From: Bacteriovoracaceae bacterium
Lineage (GTDB): Bacteria; Bdellovibrionota; Bacteriovoracia; Bacteriovoracales; Bacteriovoracaceae
NCBI GenBank assembly: GCA_048270185.1
Contig: JBLWTJ010000003.1
Location: 128,001 to 192,000 of the forward strand
Direction: 5' to 3'
DNA length: 64,000 nucleotides
Shown: positions 38,022 to 48,671 of the stretch, piece after piece
Layout of the letters: each line of letters opens with the position of its first letter
How positions within the stretch are numbered: position 1 is the first letter of the stretch
Program-made: the position numbers and the translations under genes
Notes under the pieces: generated by a model
The model's database searches: none
Seen by the model: the letters and a program-made list of their open reading frames with translations, nothing else
Told to the model about the DNA's origin: nothing

Positions 38022-39296
38022 CTAGCTCAAGCTTTTCTTATCTAAGTATCTTTGTGTTACAACCGCCCCGATGATATCACCCTCGACATTGACGGCCGTT
38101 CTAAATGTATCCAGTGGCCTTTCAATAACTAATAAGATTCCAATGGCCTCAAGAGGAATACCGGCCGCGAGAAGAACCATCTGCATTCCCGACATTGACC
38201 CCGATGGCATTCCTGGCGCACCAATTGATGAGAGCATGGCCATAAAGAAGATCGAGAACATGGCAACACCTGAGAGTTCAATTCCGTAAAGGTTTGCTAA
38301 GAAGATCGCTGCGATTCCTTCAAAGAGTGCCGTTCCATCCATATTCATTGTTGCCCCAAGAGGGAAGACAAATCCACTTACTCCTTTGGAAACCCCAAGC
38401 TCCTCTTCACAAGTCTGCATTGTCACAGGTAGTGTTGCCGAACTTGAAGCAGTTGATAGGGCCAGAAATAGTGGTCTTGCGGTTTTCTTAAAAAGGTCAA
38501 TTGGATTAAGTTTTCCAAAGAACCAAGCAATTGATGGCAGAACAAGGAGCCCGTGAACCATCGTTGCGCCAAAGACTAAGAGGGCAAAGGAGAGTAGTTC
38601 TGAAAAGATGTCCCCAGAGACCTTGACTTTAAAATCAAAGACGATGGCAAAGATTCCAATTGGACTTAAGTTGATAATCCAATGAAGAACTTTATTGACG
38701 ACGATATTTAAGTCCTTAACGATTTGATAGAGAGGACTTGAAGTTTGATGGACAATTAGAAGGGATAATCCAAGAAGTAAGGCCGCAGTAACAATTCCTA
38801 GAATATTATTATTTGCTAGTGCATGGAATGGGTTCACAAGAGCTGTATTAAAAACATTCTGAATAACAAGTGGAATTGAATTTGATCCTTCAGCAATAAA
38901 CTTAGCAGGCTTTTGCTGTTGCATTGTCTCAGGTGTTTTAATTGTCACTCCTGAATCTTTCCAAGGGTGAATAAAGAAGACGGCCGCAAGTCCAATGCAG
39001 ATGGCAATGATTGTCGTTGAAATATAGTAGGTGATCGTAACCATTCCCATTGACTTTAATTTTGTGATTTCACCGATACTAATAATCCCTCCAATAAGAG
39101 AGAAGAAGATCATTGGTGCAATCATCATTTTAAGGGAGCTTATGAAAACCGATTTTATCATCACAATGATGAGGTATAAATTTGGTGGTGTCTTCATTGA
39201 TGCCCAGGCCGGATCACCAAAAATAGAACCGAATATATAACCAAGAACTCCTGCGACAAGAACCCAGAAGCTTAAGTTTTTGACTACTTTACTCAT
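38022..39296 (-). CDS. Dicarboxylate/amino acid:cation (DAACS) symporter
   Basis: STASSSATLP, PLGATMNMDGT and DTFRTAVNVEGD motifs. Confidence 0.95.
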   Translation of the reverse strand: MSKVVKNLSFWVLVAGVLGYIFGSIFGDPAWASMKTPPNLYLIIVMIKSVFISSLKMMIAPMIFFSLIGGIISIGEITKLKSMGMVTITYYISTTIIAICIGLAAVFFIHPWKDSGVTIKTPETMQQQKPAKFIAEGSNSIPLVIQNVFNTALVNPFHALANNNILGIVTAALLLGLSLLIVHQTSSPLYQIVKDLNIVVNKVLHWIINLSPIGIFAIVFDFKVKVSGDIFSELLSFALLVFGATMVHGLLVLPSIAWFFGKLNPIDLFKKTARPLFLALSTASSSATLPVTMQTCEEELGVSKGVSGFVFPLGATMNMDGTALFEGIAAIFLANLYGIELSGVAMFSIFFMAMLSSIGAPGMPSGSMSGMQMVLLAAGIPLEAIGILLVIERPLDTFRTAVNVEGDIIGAVVTQRYLDKKSLS

Positions 39297-39375
39297 TTAT
39301 TAATTCCTTTCTTTTATACGTGAGTCTCTATTTTAATCCTTAAACATGATTAAAAAAAGGGTTATAATGGATTGG

Positions 39376-39954
39376 ATGAAAGAAAGATGCCCATGGCTTA
39401 AATTATCCAATGATGAATATGTTGATTACCACGATCGTGAGTGGGGGCGTCCCGTCCACGATGATCGAACACTTTTTGAGTTCTTAATATTAGAAGGTGC
39501 ACAGGCCGGTTTAAGTTGGGAAACTGTTCTTAAAAAAAGAGATAATTATCGTAAGGCATTTTTTAATTTTGACGTAAGGAAAGTTTCAAGAATTTCTCCT
39601 GCAAAAGTTGAAAAGCTCTTACAAGATCCAGGGATCATCAGAAATCGCCTCAAAGTTGAGTCAACTGTCTCTAATGCGAAGGCTTTCTTGGCCATTCAAA
39701 AAGAGTTTGGAAGCTTTGATAAGTATATTTGGTCATTCACAAATGGAAAGACGATCTACAATAGTTTTAAGACTCACAAAGACTATCCATCTAAGACTGA
39801 ATTAAGTGATACGATTTCAAAAGACTTAAAGAAGCGAGGCTTTCGCTTCGTTGGAAGTACGATTGTATATGCTTTCTTGCAAGCTTGTGGCATCGTACAA
39901 GACCATTCAAAAAATTGCTATCTACATGGAAAGAAATTAAAAAGATTGACCTAA
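39376..39954 (+). CDS. tag: DNA-3-methyladenine glycosylase I
   Basis: RCPW, YHDREWG, LEGAQAGLSW and IIRNRLK motifs; start moved to MKERCPW. Confidence 0.95.
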   Translation: MKERCPWLKLSNDEYVDYHDREWGRPVHDDRTLFEFLILEGAQAGLSWETVLKKRDNYRKAFFNFDVRKVSRISPAKVEKLLQDPGIIRNRLKVESTVSNAKAFLAIQKEFGSFDKYIWSFTNGKTIYNSFKTHKDYPSKTELSDTISKDLKKRGFRFVGSTIVYAFLQACGIVQDHSKNCYLHGKKLKRLT

Positions 39955-39985
39955 AGTCTTTTAAACCCTAGGCCAATATATTGAA

Positions 39986-42900
39986 TTAGTTTAGAAAGAC
40001 TTCTTCTTCAACTTCCTCTTTCTTTATAACGAATCTTGTTAATAGTGAGAAGATTGATGGTGTTAGAAATAGGGTAATAATAGTTGAGATTGCTAGGCCC
40101 CATCCCATCGTCAGCATCATTTCTGATAGCATTGAGTCGTATCCTGCAAATCCATAGGCCGTTGGAAGAACCCCAATAACTGTTGTAAGAGTTGTCAGGA
40201 TAATCGCTCTTAGACGAGTTGAAGAGATATGGGCAATTTGCTTATAGAGCTCATCTCGATTTGGAGTATACTTTGTTTCATTTATCAGCTTATCGATGAG
40301 AACGATGGAATCGTTGACGACAACACCGATCATACCAAGAGCACCAATGACGGCAAAGAATCCAAAGATTGCCATATTGTGGGCCAGGAGAATATAGATC
40401 ACGCCAGAGATTCCTATTGGAATAATCGTCATGATTATGAGTGGTGCCGATAATGATTTGAATTGAATCGTTAGAATCATATAGATGAGGGATATGACGA
40501 GGAAGCCTGCCATCATAAAGTCACCTGTTGATTCACGAGTCTCTTCAATCTCACCAACAAAGTTAATAATTGCTGATGGGTATTGTTTTAGAATATCTGG
40601 AAAGACATCATTCTCATAATAATCAGCGATCTCCAGTGGCGTTGTATTTGCTCCATCTTCAATATCTGAGTACACCATTGTCGTTCTTTTGTAGTTAACA
40701 CGTTCAATATTGGATGGCTTAACAATCTCCTCAACCTTAATAAAGCGAGAGATTGGTACATAACCACCCTTACCATTATCAATACGAAGCTTCTCTAGGC
40801 TATCAATATCAACTTTGTAGTTCTTATCAACGGTGAGTCTAACTTCAACTTCTTCATCACTACTTTTAAGAGTGTAGAGAACTGAGCCTTGAACAAAGGT
40901 ACGTAGGGAAGTTGTGACATCACTTGGAGTAAGTCCAAATCGTAAGATTTCATTTTGATTGATTTTAAAATTATATTCTTTAGCGTCGATTGGTTTTTCA
41001 ATCTCAACATTTTTTAACTTCTTATTGGCCGTCTGGTGATCAGCAATGAGCTTGGCAATTTTTCCTCTTATCTCATCATTATTTTCTTGAATTTGAACTT
41101 CAATCGTAGAGCCCGATCCACTTCCCCAACGTGATTTAAAAAAGCGAACTTCGTCAAGATTCGGAAGTCCTGCTAAACGTCCTTCAAGGTGTTTAATAAT
41201 TTCATCGGCAGAAAGCTCTCTTTCATCGGCGGGAAGAATTTCAATATTGATACTGGCGCGATTATAGTTGACAGCCCCACCTCGTCGCGACTGACCGATA
41301 TTCGATCTAAAGCCAATAATACTCATTTTATCGGCATCTTCTAAAAGAATATCTTCAACTGGTTTTAGCCATTCATTCATCTCTAACTTAGAAGTTCCTT
41401 TCTTAGTTTTTATACTTAAACTAAGTTCCTTACTTTCTTCACGAGGAAACATAACGAACTTTAGCTTTGAAGAGAATAAGTAGCCAGATAAGAGAGTCGA
41501 ACAAATAAAACCAATGATTATAAGGAAACGGTATCGAAGGGCCTTTTCTAAGAAACGAGCATAAATTCCTTCATATTTTCTAAACCAATGAGCTCCATGT
41601 TTCTTCTTTGGCTTTTTCGAATAAACGTGGGCCGGCAAAACAGTGAAGGACTCTATGAGAGAGGCCACAAGCATCATTGTAATAATAAATGGAAGAACAT
41701 AGACGAATTTACCAAACCATCCTCCAAAGAAGAGTAGTGGTACAAAGGCCACACAAGTAGTGGCAATGGCACTTGTAATTGGCATAAGAAGTTTCGCAAC
41801 TTCTGATGTTACTTTATCCATTAATTCTTTTAAAGTACCTTTATGGTCTTCGGTTATTCGGCCAATATTTTCGGCCACAATAATGGCATCATCAACAACA
41901 ATACCCATAACGATAATAATTGCTGCAAGGGTCATATTATTGATGGTGTAGTCAAAGATCAGCATACAAATTAAGGTAAAACATAGAGTAAATGGTATCC
42001 CCATACTTACCCAAATCCCTGATTTAAAATCAAGAAAGAAGAATAGGACGAGAACGATAAGGGCAAAACCTAAGATACCATTACTCGCAACAATTGAGAG
42101 CCTATTCTTAACATCGTAGGATTCATCATCTAGAGTTACGATTTTAAGATCATCGTGTTGACCTTTTTTATACTTATTAATAAAAGCAAGTGTTGCTTTA
42201 TTGGCCTCAAGAATGTCTACATTGTGACTCTTCTTAAGGTTTAGCATGACTCCTTCGTGGCCATTAATCTTATATATTGAATTCGTCTTCTCAAATGCTT
42301 TCTTAAAAGTAGCAATTTGATCAAGAGTAACTCCTTCTCCGTCATAATTACCTGTGATAAGAAGATCTTTAAAATCACGCTCATCAATTAGTTCATTGAT
42401 GGAAGTAACTTTTGATTGCTGAGTATCTTCAAGAACACCAATAGGTGATCGAATATGACTTTCTCTTAAGCTTGAAACGACCTTGTGAATTGAAATTCTA
42501 TTTTGCTTAATTTTTGCAGGATCTAAGAGGATGTGATTTTCTGGATCGAGGTAACCGCTGCGATCGACTGCAGATACTGCTGGTAGAGTCTTTACCTGAG
42601 TTTCAAAATTTCGAACAAGTTGTTGAAGTCTTGCGCGGTCATCAACACTTAAGTCTCTCTTGCCTTCAAGATAAAAACCGACATCAATATAAGCTTTCTC
42701 TGTCGACTTAAATTGTCTGAAGCTTGGAACTTCCGCTTCATTTGGAAGATCAGCTCTTAAGACGGCATCTTGAATATCTAAATAGACTTCTCTTGGATTG
42801 GGGTAATTCTCTAGCATCACAACTGTGATAGAGCTCGAACCAGTTGAAGAAACAGATCTTACTTCATCAAGGCCTGCGACATTTTTTAGCTCTTCCTCAA

Positions 42901-43102
42901 TTGGCTTGGTGATAAAGAACTCGATATCTTCAGCACTGGCCCCAGGATAAATTGTTGATACACGAATATATGGTGATTCAAATTCAGGCATTTCTTCTTT
43001 TGGAATTTTTGTCCACGCAAAGATTGCTATGACAAAAACACTGAAGAATAAGACGTTGGAAATAAGGAGATTATCAATAAAGTATTGGATGAATTTTTTC
43101 AT
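39986..43102 (-). CDS. RND efflux transporter permease (AcrB/CusA superfamily)
   Basis: 1038 aa; YPGASAEDIE, GIVVDDAIIV and RLRAIILTTLTT motifs. Confidence 0.92.
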   Translation of the reverse strand: MKKFIQYFIDNLLISNVLFFSVFVIAIFAWTKIPKEEMPEFESPYIRVSTIYPGASAEDIEFFITKPIEEELKNVAGLDEVRSVSSTGSSSITVVMLENYPNPREVYLDIQDAVLRADLPNEAEVPSFRQFKSTEKAYIDVGFYLEGKRDLSVDDRARLQQLVRNFETQVKTLPAVSAVDRSGYLDPENHILLDPAKIKQNRISIHKVVSSLRESHIRSPIGVLEDTQQSKVTSINELIDERDFKDLLITGNYDGEGVTLDQIATFKKAFEKTNSIYKINGHEGVMLNLKKSHNVDILEANKATLAFINKYKKGQHDDLKIVTLDDESYDVKNRLSIVASNGILGFALIVLVLFFFLDFKSGIWVSMGIPFTLCFTLICMLIFDYTINNMTLAAIIIVMGIVVDDAIIVAENIGRITEDHKGTLKELMDKVTSEVAKLLMPITSAIATTCVAFVPLLFFGGWFGKFVYVLPFIITMMLVASLIESFTVLPAHVYSKKPKKKHGAHWFRKYEGIYARFLEKALRYRFLIIIGFICSTLLSGYLFSSKLKFVMFPREESKELSLSIKTKKGTSKLEMNEWLKPVEDILLEDADKMSIIGFRSNIGQSRRGGAVNYNRASINIEILPADERELSADEIIKHLEGRLAGLPNLDEVRFFKSRWGSGSGSTIEVQIQENNDEIRGKIAKLIADHQTANKKLKNVEIEKPIDAKEYNFKINQNEILRFGLTPSDVTTSLRTFVQGSVLYTLKSSDEEVEVRLTVDKNYKVDIDSLEKLRIDNGKGGYVPISRFIKVEEIVKPSNIERVNYKRTTMVYSDIEDGANTTPLEIADYYENDVFPDILKQYPSAIINFVGEIEETRESTGDFMMAGFLVISLIYMILTIQFKSLSAPLIIMTIIPIGISGVIYILLAHNMAIFGFFAVIGALGMIGVVVNDSIVLIDKLINETKYTPNRDELYKQIAHISSTRLRAIILTTLTTVIGVLPTAYGFAGYDSMLSEMMLTMGWGLAISTIITLFLTPSIFSLLTRFVIKKEEVEEEVFLN

Positions 43103-43157
43103 AATTAGATTTTAAGTATCCTAAATCACGAGGTCAAACTCTTAATTAATAAGCGAT

Positions 43158-43183
43158 GTAACATTAAGTTAAGTCTCAACGAA
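43158..43183 (+). promoter_or_regulatory. Candidate ECF-sigma promoter for msrAB
   Basis: GTAACA-N16-CGAA. Confidence 0.5.
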
Positions 43184-43227
43184 TACTTATACGAGTATAG
43201 TAAGAATAGGTTTCATTGGAGGTGAAA

Positions 43228-44295
43228 ATGAAGCTCATCATATTGATTAGTTTAATTGTGTTAGGACCTGAAATCCTTGCTAAAACAGCTACTGCAACCC
43301 TTGGAGGCGGATGCTTCTGGTGCATGGAAGCTCCATTTGAAGAGATAAAAGGGGTTCATTCTGTAACTTCTGGCTATATGGGAGGGAAGGTTAAGCAACC
43401 TAACTATCAGCAGGTTGCAAGTGGTAGTAGTGGCCATGTCGAAGTTGTTCAGATTAAATTTGATGATACCAAGGTTAGTTTTGAACAACTGCTCGATATC
43501 TACTGGCAAAATATTGATCCCACCGATAGTGGCGGACAATTTGCTGATCGTGGCACCCAATACCGAACAGTTATCTTCTATGAAAATGAAGAACAAAAGA
43601 AAGTTGCCGAGTATTCAAAGAGTAACCTCGATGCTTGTAAGAAATATGACAAACCAATAGTGACCGCAATAGAGAAGGCGCAAGAGTTTTATCCCGCCGA
43701 GGATTATCATCAAAATTACTACAAGAAGAATCCTTTGCGCTATAATACGTATAAGAAGCTTTCTGGGCGTGCTGGCTATATCGAAGATATTGCGGCAAAG
43801 CCAGTTCGTTGTGAGAGAAAAGATAATCTAAAGAAATTAAATAAGGATACAAAAGTGAATTACAAGAAACCAACAAAAGAAGAATTGAAAGAAAAACTAT
43901 CTCCTCTTGAGTTTGAAGTGACTCAAAACGATGCCACTGAAAGACCATTTGCCAACAAGTACTGGGATCACAAGGAAGAGGGGATCTACGTTGATGTAAC
44001 AACTGGCGAGCCACTTTTTAGCTCCCTTGATAAGTATGATTCAGGATCAGGCTGGCCTGCATTTACAAGACCAATTGATGAAGCTGTCGTGACAACAAAG
44101 ATTGATAAGAGTCTCTTTATGGAAAGAACAGAAGTTCGATCTAGTACTGGGGACTCCCATCTTGGTCATGTTTTCAATGATGGGCCTGGGCCTTCCGGTA
44201 AGCGCTACTGTATCAACTCCGCTTCCATGAGATTTGTTGCTAAGGCCGACCTTGAAAAAGAAGGCTATGGGAAGTACTTGGTTCTTTTTAAGTAG
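43228..44295 (+). CDS. msrAB: Periplasmic bifunctional methionine sulfoxide reductase MsrA/MsrB
   Basis: GGCFWC and YHQNYY (MsrA); [14 protein letters not shown] and RYCINS (MsrB); signal peptide; GGAGG RBS. Confidence 0.95.
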   Translation: MKLIILISLIVLGPEILAKTATATLGGGCFWCMEAPFEEIKGVHSVTSGYMGGKVKQPNYQQVASGSSGHVEVVQIKFDDTKVSFEQLLDIYWQNIDPTDSGGQFADRGTQYRTVIFYENEEQKKVAEYSKSNLDACKKYDKPIVTAIEKAQEFYPAEDYHQNYYKKNPLRYNTYKKLSGRAGYIEDIAAKPVRCERKDNLKKLNKDTKVNYKKPTKEELKEKLSPLEFEVTQNDATERPFANKYWDHKEEGIYVDVTTGEPLFSSLDKYDSGSGWPAFTRPIDEAVVTTKIDKSLFMERTEVRSSTGDSHLGHVFNDGPGPSGKRYCINSASMRFVAKADLEKEGYGKYLVLFK

Positions 44296-44328
44296 TTAAA
44301 ATTACATCATTTCTTCAGTTGATTTTGT

Positions 44329-44356
44329 TAAAGATTAGGCCCCAAGTAGTCGATAA
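44329..44356 (+). promoter_or_regulatory. Candidate sigma28 (FliA) promoter
   Basis: TAAAGATT-N12-GTCGATAA. Confidence 0.5.
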
Positions 44357-44370
44357 GACGACGAGGGCCT

Positions 44371-45897
44371 ATGAAAAGACTGATTACATCTATTTTAATT
44401 CTATCGACATTAAACGCACAAGCATCTTGTATTGATGTTTTAAAATCATTTATGACTGTGAAAAAGAACTCATTCTATGACAGTCCTGAATTTGCCTTAA
44501 AAGAAAAGATCACAAAATTAGAAAATATAAATTCGGCCCTTAGAAACTCAAGTGAGAATAAAGAGCCGGCCATGACGCTTGCGATTTGGAAGAAAATCGA
44601 AAAGCTCGATAATAACCTCTTCACAAAACACTTCAGCGTGAATGTAAAAGACTGGGAAGTTTTCTTTCGTGAATTTGAAATCAATTATATTTCATTTAAA
44701 CGCTTAAAGGCCGTTCTTGATTTCTTAAAAGTAGGAGAAGCAACAGAAGCTGGCCTTAGTCAATTTTGTGCCCAAAAAGGTTACTCTCAAGAATTCCATG
44801 ATTTTATCATTTCTAAGTTTAAGAATACTCCCAGCATTGAACTACTTAAATCAAATCTCGATGATGAGATTAATAAGAATATGATTCATCTTGGTAATAA
44901 CTATTATGAATACCGCTTAGTAAGAGAGCACTTAAGAGATCTTAAGGGAAGTAATCTTTGTAATGCAGAATGTGAGAAAGAGCTTGCAAAGACTGTTAGT
45001 AACCTTGGAGTTGCAAGTGAATCAAATCGTAAGAGCTTTCCGTTATTTTTAAAGGGTGAAAGTCGTCCCGATCTTGATGAATTGACAAGTATTGTTCACG
45101 AGAACCCAATGATTCATATTACAAGGCTTAAGAAAGAAAGAAATCAAGAAGTAATTAACTGGCTTATTTCTCTGATGCTTCAACCTGAAATTGTTGATGT
45201 GATAATGGGCCTTGTTTATAAATCAAAAAGACTAGGGAAGTATCGAGCTGTGCGCTTCTTTCAAGCATTTTATAATGCTCAAGCACGTAATATCCACTTT
45301 CCAAAAATTAATAATGTCGTAAAGAGTTTCAAAAACGATATGGACAAGAGTTTTGCCCATCTAAAAACGGTAAATACAACAGTTCCAAAAGATGAGATTC
45401 TTGTGACTTTTGCTCGAATGGTTGACGCTCTACCTGTAAAAAAATGGAAAATGTTAAAAGAGTATGCCAAGGCCAATGATGCTAAATTCTATACCAGAAT
45501 GTTAGAGGCCGAAGAAAAGGCCATTGCTCGAGGTGATATTAGTATCACACATCGTCGAAGTATTATTGGGCAACTCATTCAATTTATACCGGCCTCGACA
45601 CCAATCTATCTCTACCAACATCATTATCTTGATCTAGATGATAAACCAACCGTTACGGAAGTTGATACTGATGGAAACGAAATTGATTCAGATAGTAAAG
45701 GTGGCCAAACTGTTGAAGAAGTAGATCCTGTCATTCCTATTGAACATGGAAGTGATATGGATAGTACTCTTCAAGAAGTCTCAGAAGTTATTATTACTAA
45801 TGAGGAAGGAAGTCGTGATCCATCATCAGTAAAACCAAGTTGGATGACAGGTATACTTGAAATGATCACTGTGTTTTTTAAAGGGGAAGTAAAATAA
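44371..45897 (+). CDS. Secreted hypothetical protein with acidic tail
   Basis: 508 aa, signal peptide ending AQA. Confidence 0.8.
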   Translation: MKRLITSILILSTLNAQASCIDVLKSFMTVKKNSFYDSPEFALKEKITKLENINSALRNSSENKEPAMTLAIWKKIEKLDNNLFTKHFSVNVKDWEVFFREFEINYISFKRLKAVLDFLKVGEATEAGLSQFCAQKGYSQEFHDFIISKFKNTPSIELLKSNLDDEINKNMIHLGNNYYEYRLVREHLRDLKGSNLCNAECEKELAKTVSNLGVASESNRKSFPLFLKGESRPDLDELTSIVHENPMIHITRLKKERNQEVINWLISLMLQPEIVDVIMGLVYKSKRLGKYRAVRFFQAFYNAQARNIHFPKINNVVKSFKNDMDKSFAHLKTVNTTVPKDEILVTFARMVDALPVKKWKMLKEYAKANDAKFYTRMLEAEEKAIARGDISITHRRSIIGQLIQFIPASTPIYLYQHHYLDLDDKPTVTEVDTDGNEIDSDSKGGQTVEEVDPVIPIEHGSDMDSTLQEVSEVIITNEEGSRDPSSVKPSWMTGILEMITVFFKGEVK

Positions 45898-46235
45898 TGC
45901 GCTTATTTATTCTCTCTCTTCTGACTTCTTCTATATTTGCGGCACAAACTCTAAAAATGCAAATCTATGAAAAAGGTAAATTCAAAGATATCGAAATCTA
46001 TGTAAAAGATGCCGCTTTTATGAATAAGAAATGCTTTGAGTCTGAAGACTGTCAAAAGATGAAAGGTAAGCATGAGCCATCTGGAGGCCTTAGTGGACAT
46101 CCTGGATCTGAAGCTTGTAAATCAATCGCAAATTCAGAGTATAAAATACTAAAAAGACAAAATGGTAATCAAATTGGGTTCTGTCGATTTGCCGACGGAA
46201 GTATGAAAAGTGCAAGGAGTCTTCTAAGTGAATAG
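45897..46235 (+). CDS. Small secreted Cys protein with DUF333-like C-terminus
   Basis: HPGSEAC...GFCRFADGS resembles the DUF333 NPAS.YC...G.C..PDG pattern. Confidence 0.55.
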   Translation: MRLFILSLLTSSIFAAQTLKMQIYEKGKFKDIEIYVKDAAFMNKKCFESEDCQKMKGKHEPSGGLSGHPGSEACKSIANSEYKILKRQNGNQIGFCRFADGSMKSARSLLSE

Positions 46236-47475
46236 AGGGCTGCCTTTTATATTCACCCTTTTCATTAGTACAACTTCAGCTCAAGTTCTTGACCGAGGAC
46301 TTGACGATGATTCTTGGCGTGCTTATCACCACAAGGCCTATCAGGCCAACAGTCCACGATTAAGTGAAAGGATTGCTGAAACAAGACAAGTTGCAACTAA
46401 TCCTGCAATTCGCGATCAAGATGGATTTGGTACATGCTATCTCTTTGCGGCCACTTCTCTTATGGATCAAGCTTGTCAAAAGAGTGGAATGTGTAATGAA
46501 GATGATCAGATTTCAGTTCTAGATGTTCTAGGGAAAACCCAGGGGAAGGACTCTGAGTTTCATGGCCTTAATGGTGGTAATTTAAGACAAGTCTATCAGT
46601 CTATTAATCCTGATCCAAATAAGAGAGTTAAGTTTGCTCGTGAGCAATGTGCTCCATATCAACAAATCGAAAACTACAACAATGCATCAAATGATTTCAG
46701 TATACAGGATTATCCTCAATTAAATGCGATTAAGAAAATATATGAAGATGCAAAGAAGCCTAAAAATAAAGCCGATTGTGAAGATTGCACAACTAAAGCT
46801 TTCAAATCATACTTTGCTTTTAATAATGAAATTCTTGAAAACTTAGAAAAGGCCGTTAGTAAGATTGCAACGATTAATGCCTTTTCAGACTTTCTAGATG
46901 AAGTACTAGTTCCTGAAAAGTGTAAGAAAGACTTAATCGAAATGCCCAAGTTTGAAATGAAAGAAGAACATATTCCTACAAAAATGGGACTTCGAAAAAA
47001 GTTAATTGAATTAGTTAATAAAGATCAATCGATTGCTATTACATCTTGTACCTGGACAAGAAGTTGTGAAGACTCGAGTATTAAAAATATTAATGAATGC
47101 CCACAAGAGTCTCGTAACCGTGTGTGCGGAGGTCATGCTTACCTTCTAAGTGGATATCGCCGAATTTGTCCAAAGCGTGCGCGAGGACCTAAGCTGTGTC
47201 GTCATCAGTATAAAGTACACAATAGTTGGGGAGAAGATTTTAATTTCTACAATGCAGACGGCTGGGTTGATGAAGATGAAGTTTTCAAAGCCTATAAAGA
47301 CCTAGGAGACGAAGTTGTTACATACGTCGATAAAATAGAAGAAACAGTTTTTAGGCCACCAATGAAACAAACAACTTTTAATGAGGTGTACTCATGTGAA
47401 GGATCAAGCTCATTCGGTGATAAAGCTTGGGCCTTAAATATGAGATCTAAAGGCTTCTTTTGCTACCCTCGATAA
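46228..47475 (+). CDS. Secreted papain-like (C1 family) cysteine peptidase
   Basis: QDGFGTCYLFA (Gln/Cys), GGHA (His) and HNSWG (Asn). Confidence 0.85.
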   Translation: MNRGLPFIFTLFISTTSAQVLDRGLDDDSWRAYHHKAYQANSPRLSERIAETRQVATNPAIRDQDGFGTCYLFAATSLMDQACQKSGMCNEDDQISVLDVLGKTQGKDSEFHGLNGGNLRQVYQSINPDPNKRVKFAREQCAPYQQIENYNNASNDFSIQDYPQLNAIKKIYEDAKKPKNKADCEDCTTKAFKSYFAFNNEILENLEKAVSKIATINAFSDFLDEVLVPEKCKKDLIEMPKFEMKEEHIPTKMGLRKKLIELVNKDQSIAITSCTWTRSCEDSSIKNINECPQESRNRVCGGHAYLLSGYRRICPKRARGPKLCRHQYKVHNSWGEDFNFYNADGWVDEDEVFKAYKDLGDEVVTYVDKIEETVFRPPMKQTTFNEVYSCEGSSSFGDKAWALNMRSKGFFCYPR

Positions 47476-48587
47476 TCTTTGGCTTCAAATTTAATTTTAC
47501 AACGATCATTTCTTGTCTCTAAGTGAATATAATTAATATTCTCATGATTTTTTGAAACATTAAGAGCTCGTCTTTCAAGATTATAGAAAACTGCTGAGTC
47601 TTGATTTTCATCACAATTCTCACTCCAAGATGATGTGATCTTAATTATACGATTTGCACTTTTCACTAGTTTAGATATTGAAATATAGTCTCCAAATTTT
47701 TGAACACTACAATCATAACATTCATCCTGAGCTGCTTTAAGTTGGTACTGCATAAATCCATCTTCAAACATATAAGACATCGCTTCATTTGCATTTTCTC
47801 TAATAGATTCAATATTATCGATAAGTAAATTACCATCACATGAGTAATTTAAGTAATCTTTGAAGGATTCTTTCATCTCTGTAATCTTATCATTTGTCAT
47901 GGATTGGCATTGCTCATACTCGTAACAATCATCACCAAAGAACTCATCAAATTCCATGACTCTCTCATCGACATGTTCACACACGGCCTTTTGTCGTCGG
48001 GCAAAGGGGAGGACTTCATAGAGACCTTTGAAGTCCATATCATTATAGTAGGCAACGTCTTGAATAATTGATCCAAGATCAATCTTCTTTTCCATATCGA
48101 GTGTATTTAAAATGGCCTTATGATCTTCTGATAGGCCAAGTTCAGATGTCACTTGTTCATTAATAATTTTTCCAAGACTTTGAGCAATGGAGTAGTTGTC
48201 ATGGGTTTTATTTTGGTTATTTCGAATAAAGGCAATGGCCGTATCGATTTTGGCGTCATCAGAGTCTTCAATGGCCATTTCAAATTCAACGCTATGTCGA
48301 TTTCTCATAATCCATTCGTCATCTGTCGACGAAGTTTTATAAAGTGAGTCAAAACTTTCTAGATCTTTATTCTCTAGATACTTGTTTAAAACTTGTCTCG
48401 AAAGATACTCTTGGTAAGCAGTACCTTGTAGAATATTGTTAACTTGATCAGGCCCTTCTAACGCCAGTTTCTCAAGACATTCTTTTCTACAATTATCTAA
48501 ATTATATTGAGTTCCATCGGCCGCATAGAAAACCGACGCTTGTAGAGAAAATGTACATAGAAGTGCAGTAAATAGCGCCTTTTTCAT
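47463..48587 (-). CDS. Secreted acidic hypothetical protein
   Basis: 374 aa, signal peptide, paired Cys residues. Confidence 0.8.
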   Translation of the reverse strand: MKKALFTALLCTFSLQASVFYAADGTQYNLDNCRKECLEKLALEGPDQVNNILQGTAYQEYLSRQVLNKYLENKDLESFDSLYKTSSTDDEWIMRNRHSVEFEMAIEDSDDAKIDTAIAFIRNNQNKTHDNYSIAQSLGKIINEQVTSELGLSEDHKAILNTLDMEKKIDLGSIIQDVAYYNDMDFKGLYEVLPFARRQKAVCEHVDERVMEFDEFFGDDCYEYEQCQSMTNDKITEMKESFKDYLNYSCDGNLLIDNIESIRENANEAMSYMFEDGFMQYQLKAAQDECYDCSVQKFGDYISISKLVKSANRIIKITSSWSENCDENQDSAVFYNLERRALNVSKNHENINYIHLETRNDRCKIKFEAKDYRG

Positions 48588-48625
48588 AAGTAAATACCTT
48601 AGTTCGAGTAAGTACTTATATTTAA

Positions 48626-48642
48626 AGCAATAGAGGTGCCAA
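48626..48642 (-). promoter_or_regulatory. Sigma54 (-24/-12) promoter
   Basis: TTGGCAC-CTCTA-TTGCT, a consensus match 38 nt upstream of the start at 48587. Confidence 0.75.
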
Positions 48643-48647
48643 AAAGA

Positions 48648-48663
48648 AGGGCCCTAAGGCCCT
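48648..48663 (-). terminator. Probable intrinsic terminator
   Basis: AGGGCC-CTAA-GGCCCT with a minus-strand U-rich tract. Confidence 0.6.
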
Positions 48664-48671
48664 CTCTTTGA

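Noticed and set aside
43571..44014. 147-aa antisense ORF within msrAB, and other short antisense ORFs in the track
   Set aside because: No recognisable motifs or RBS, and fully overlapped by confident genes.
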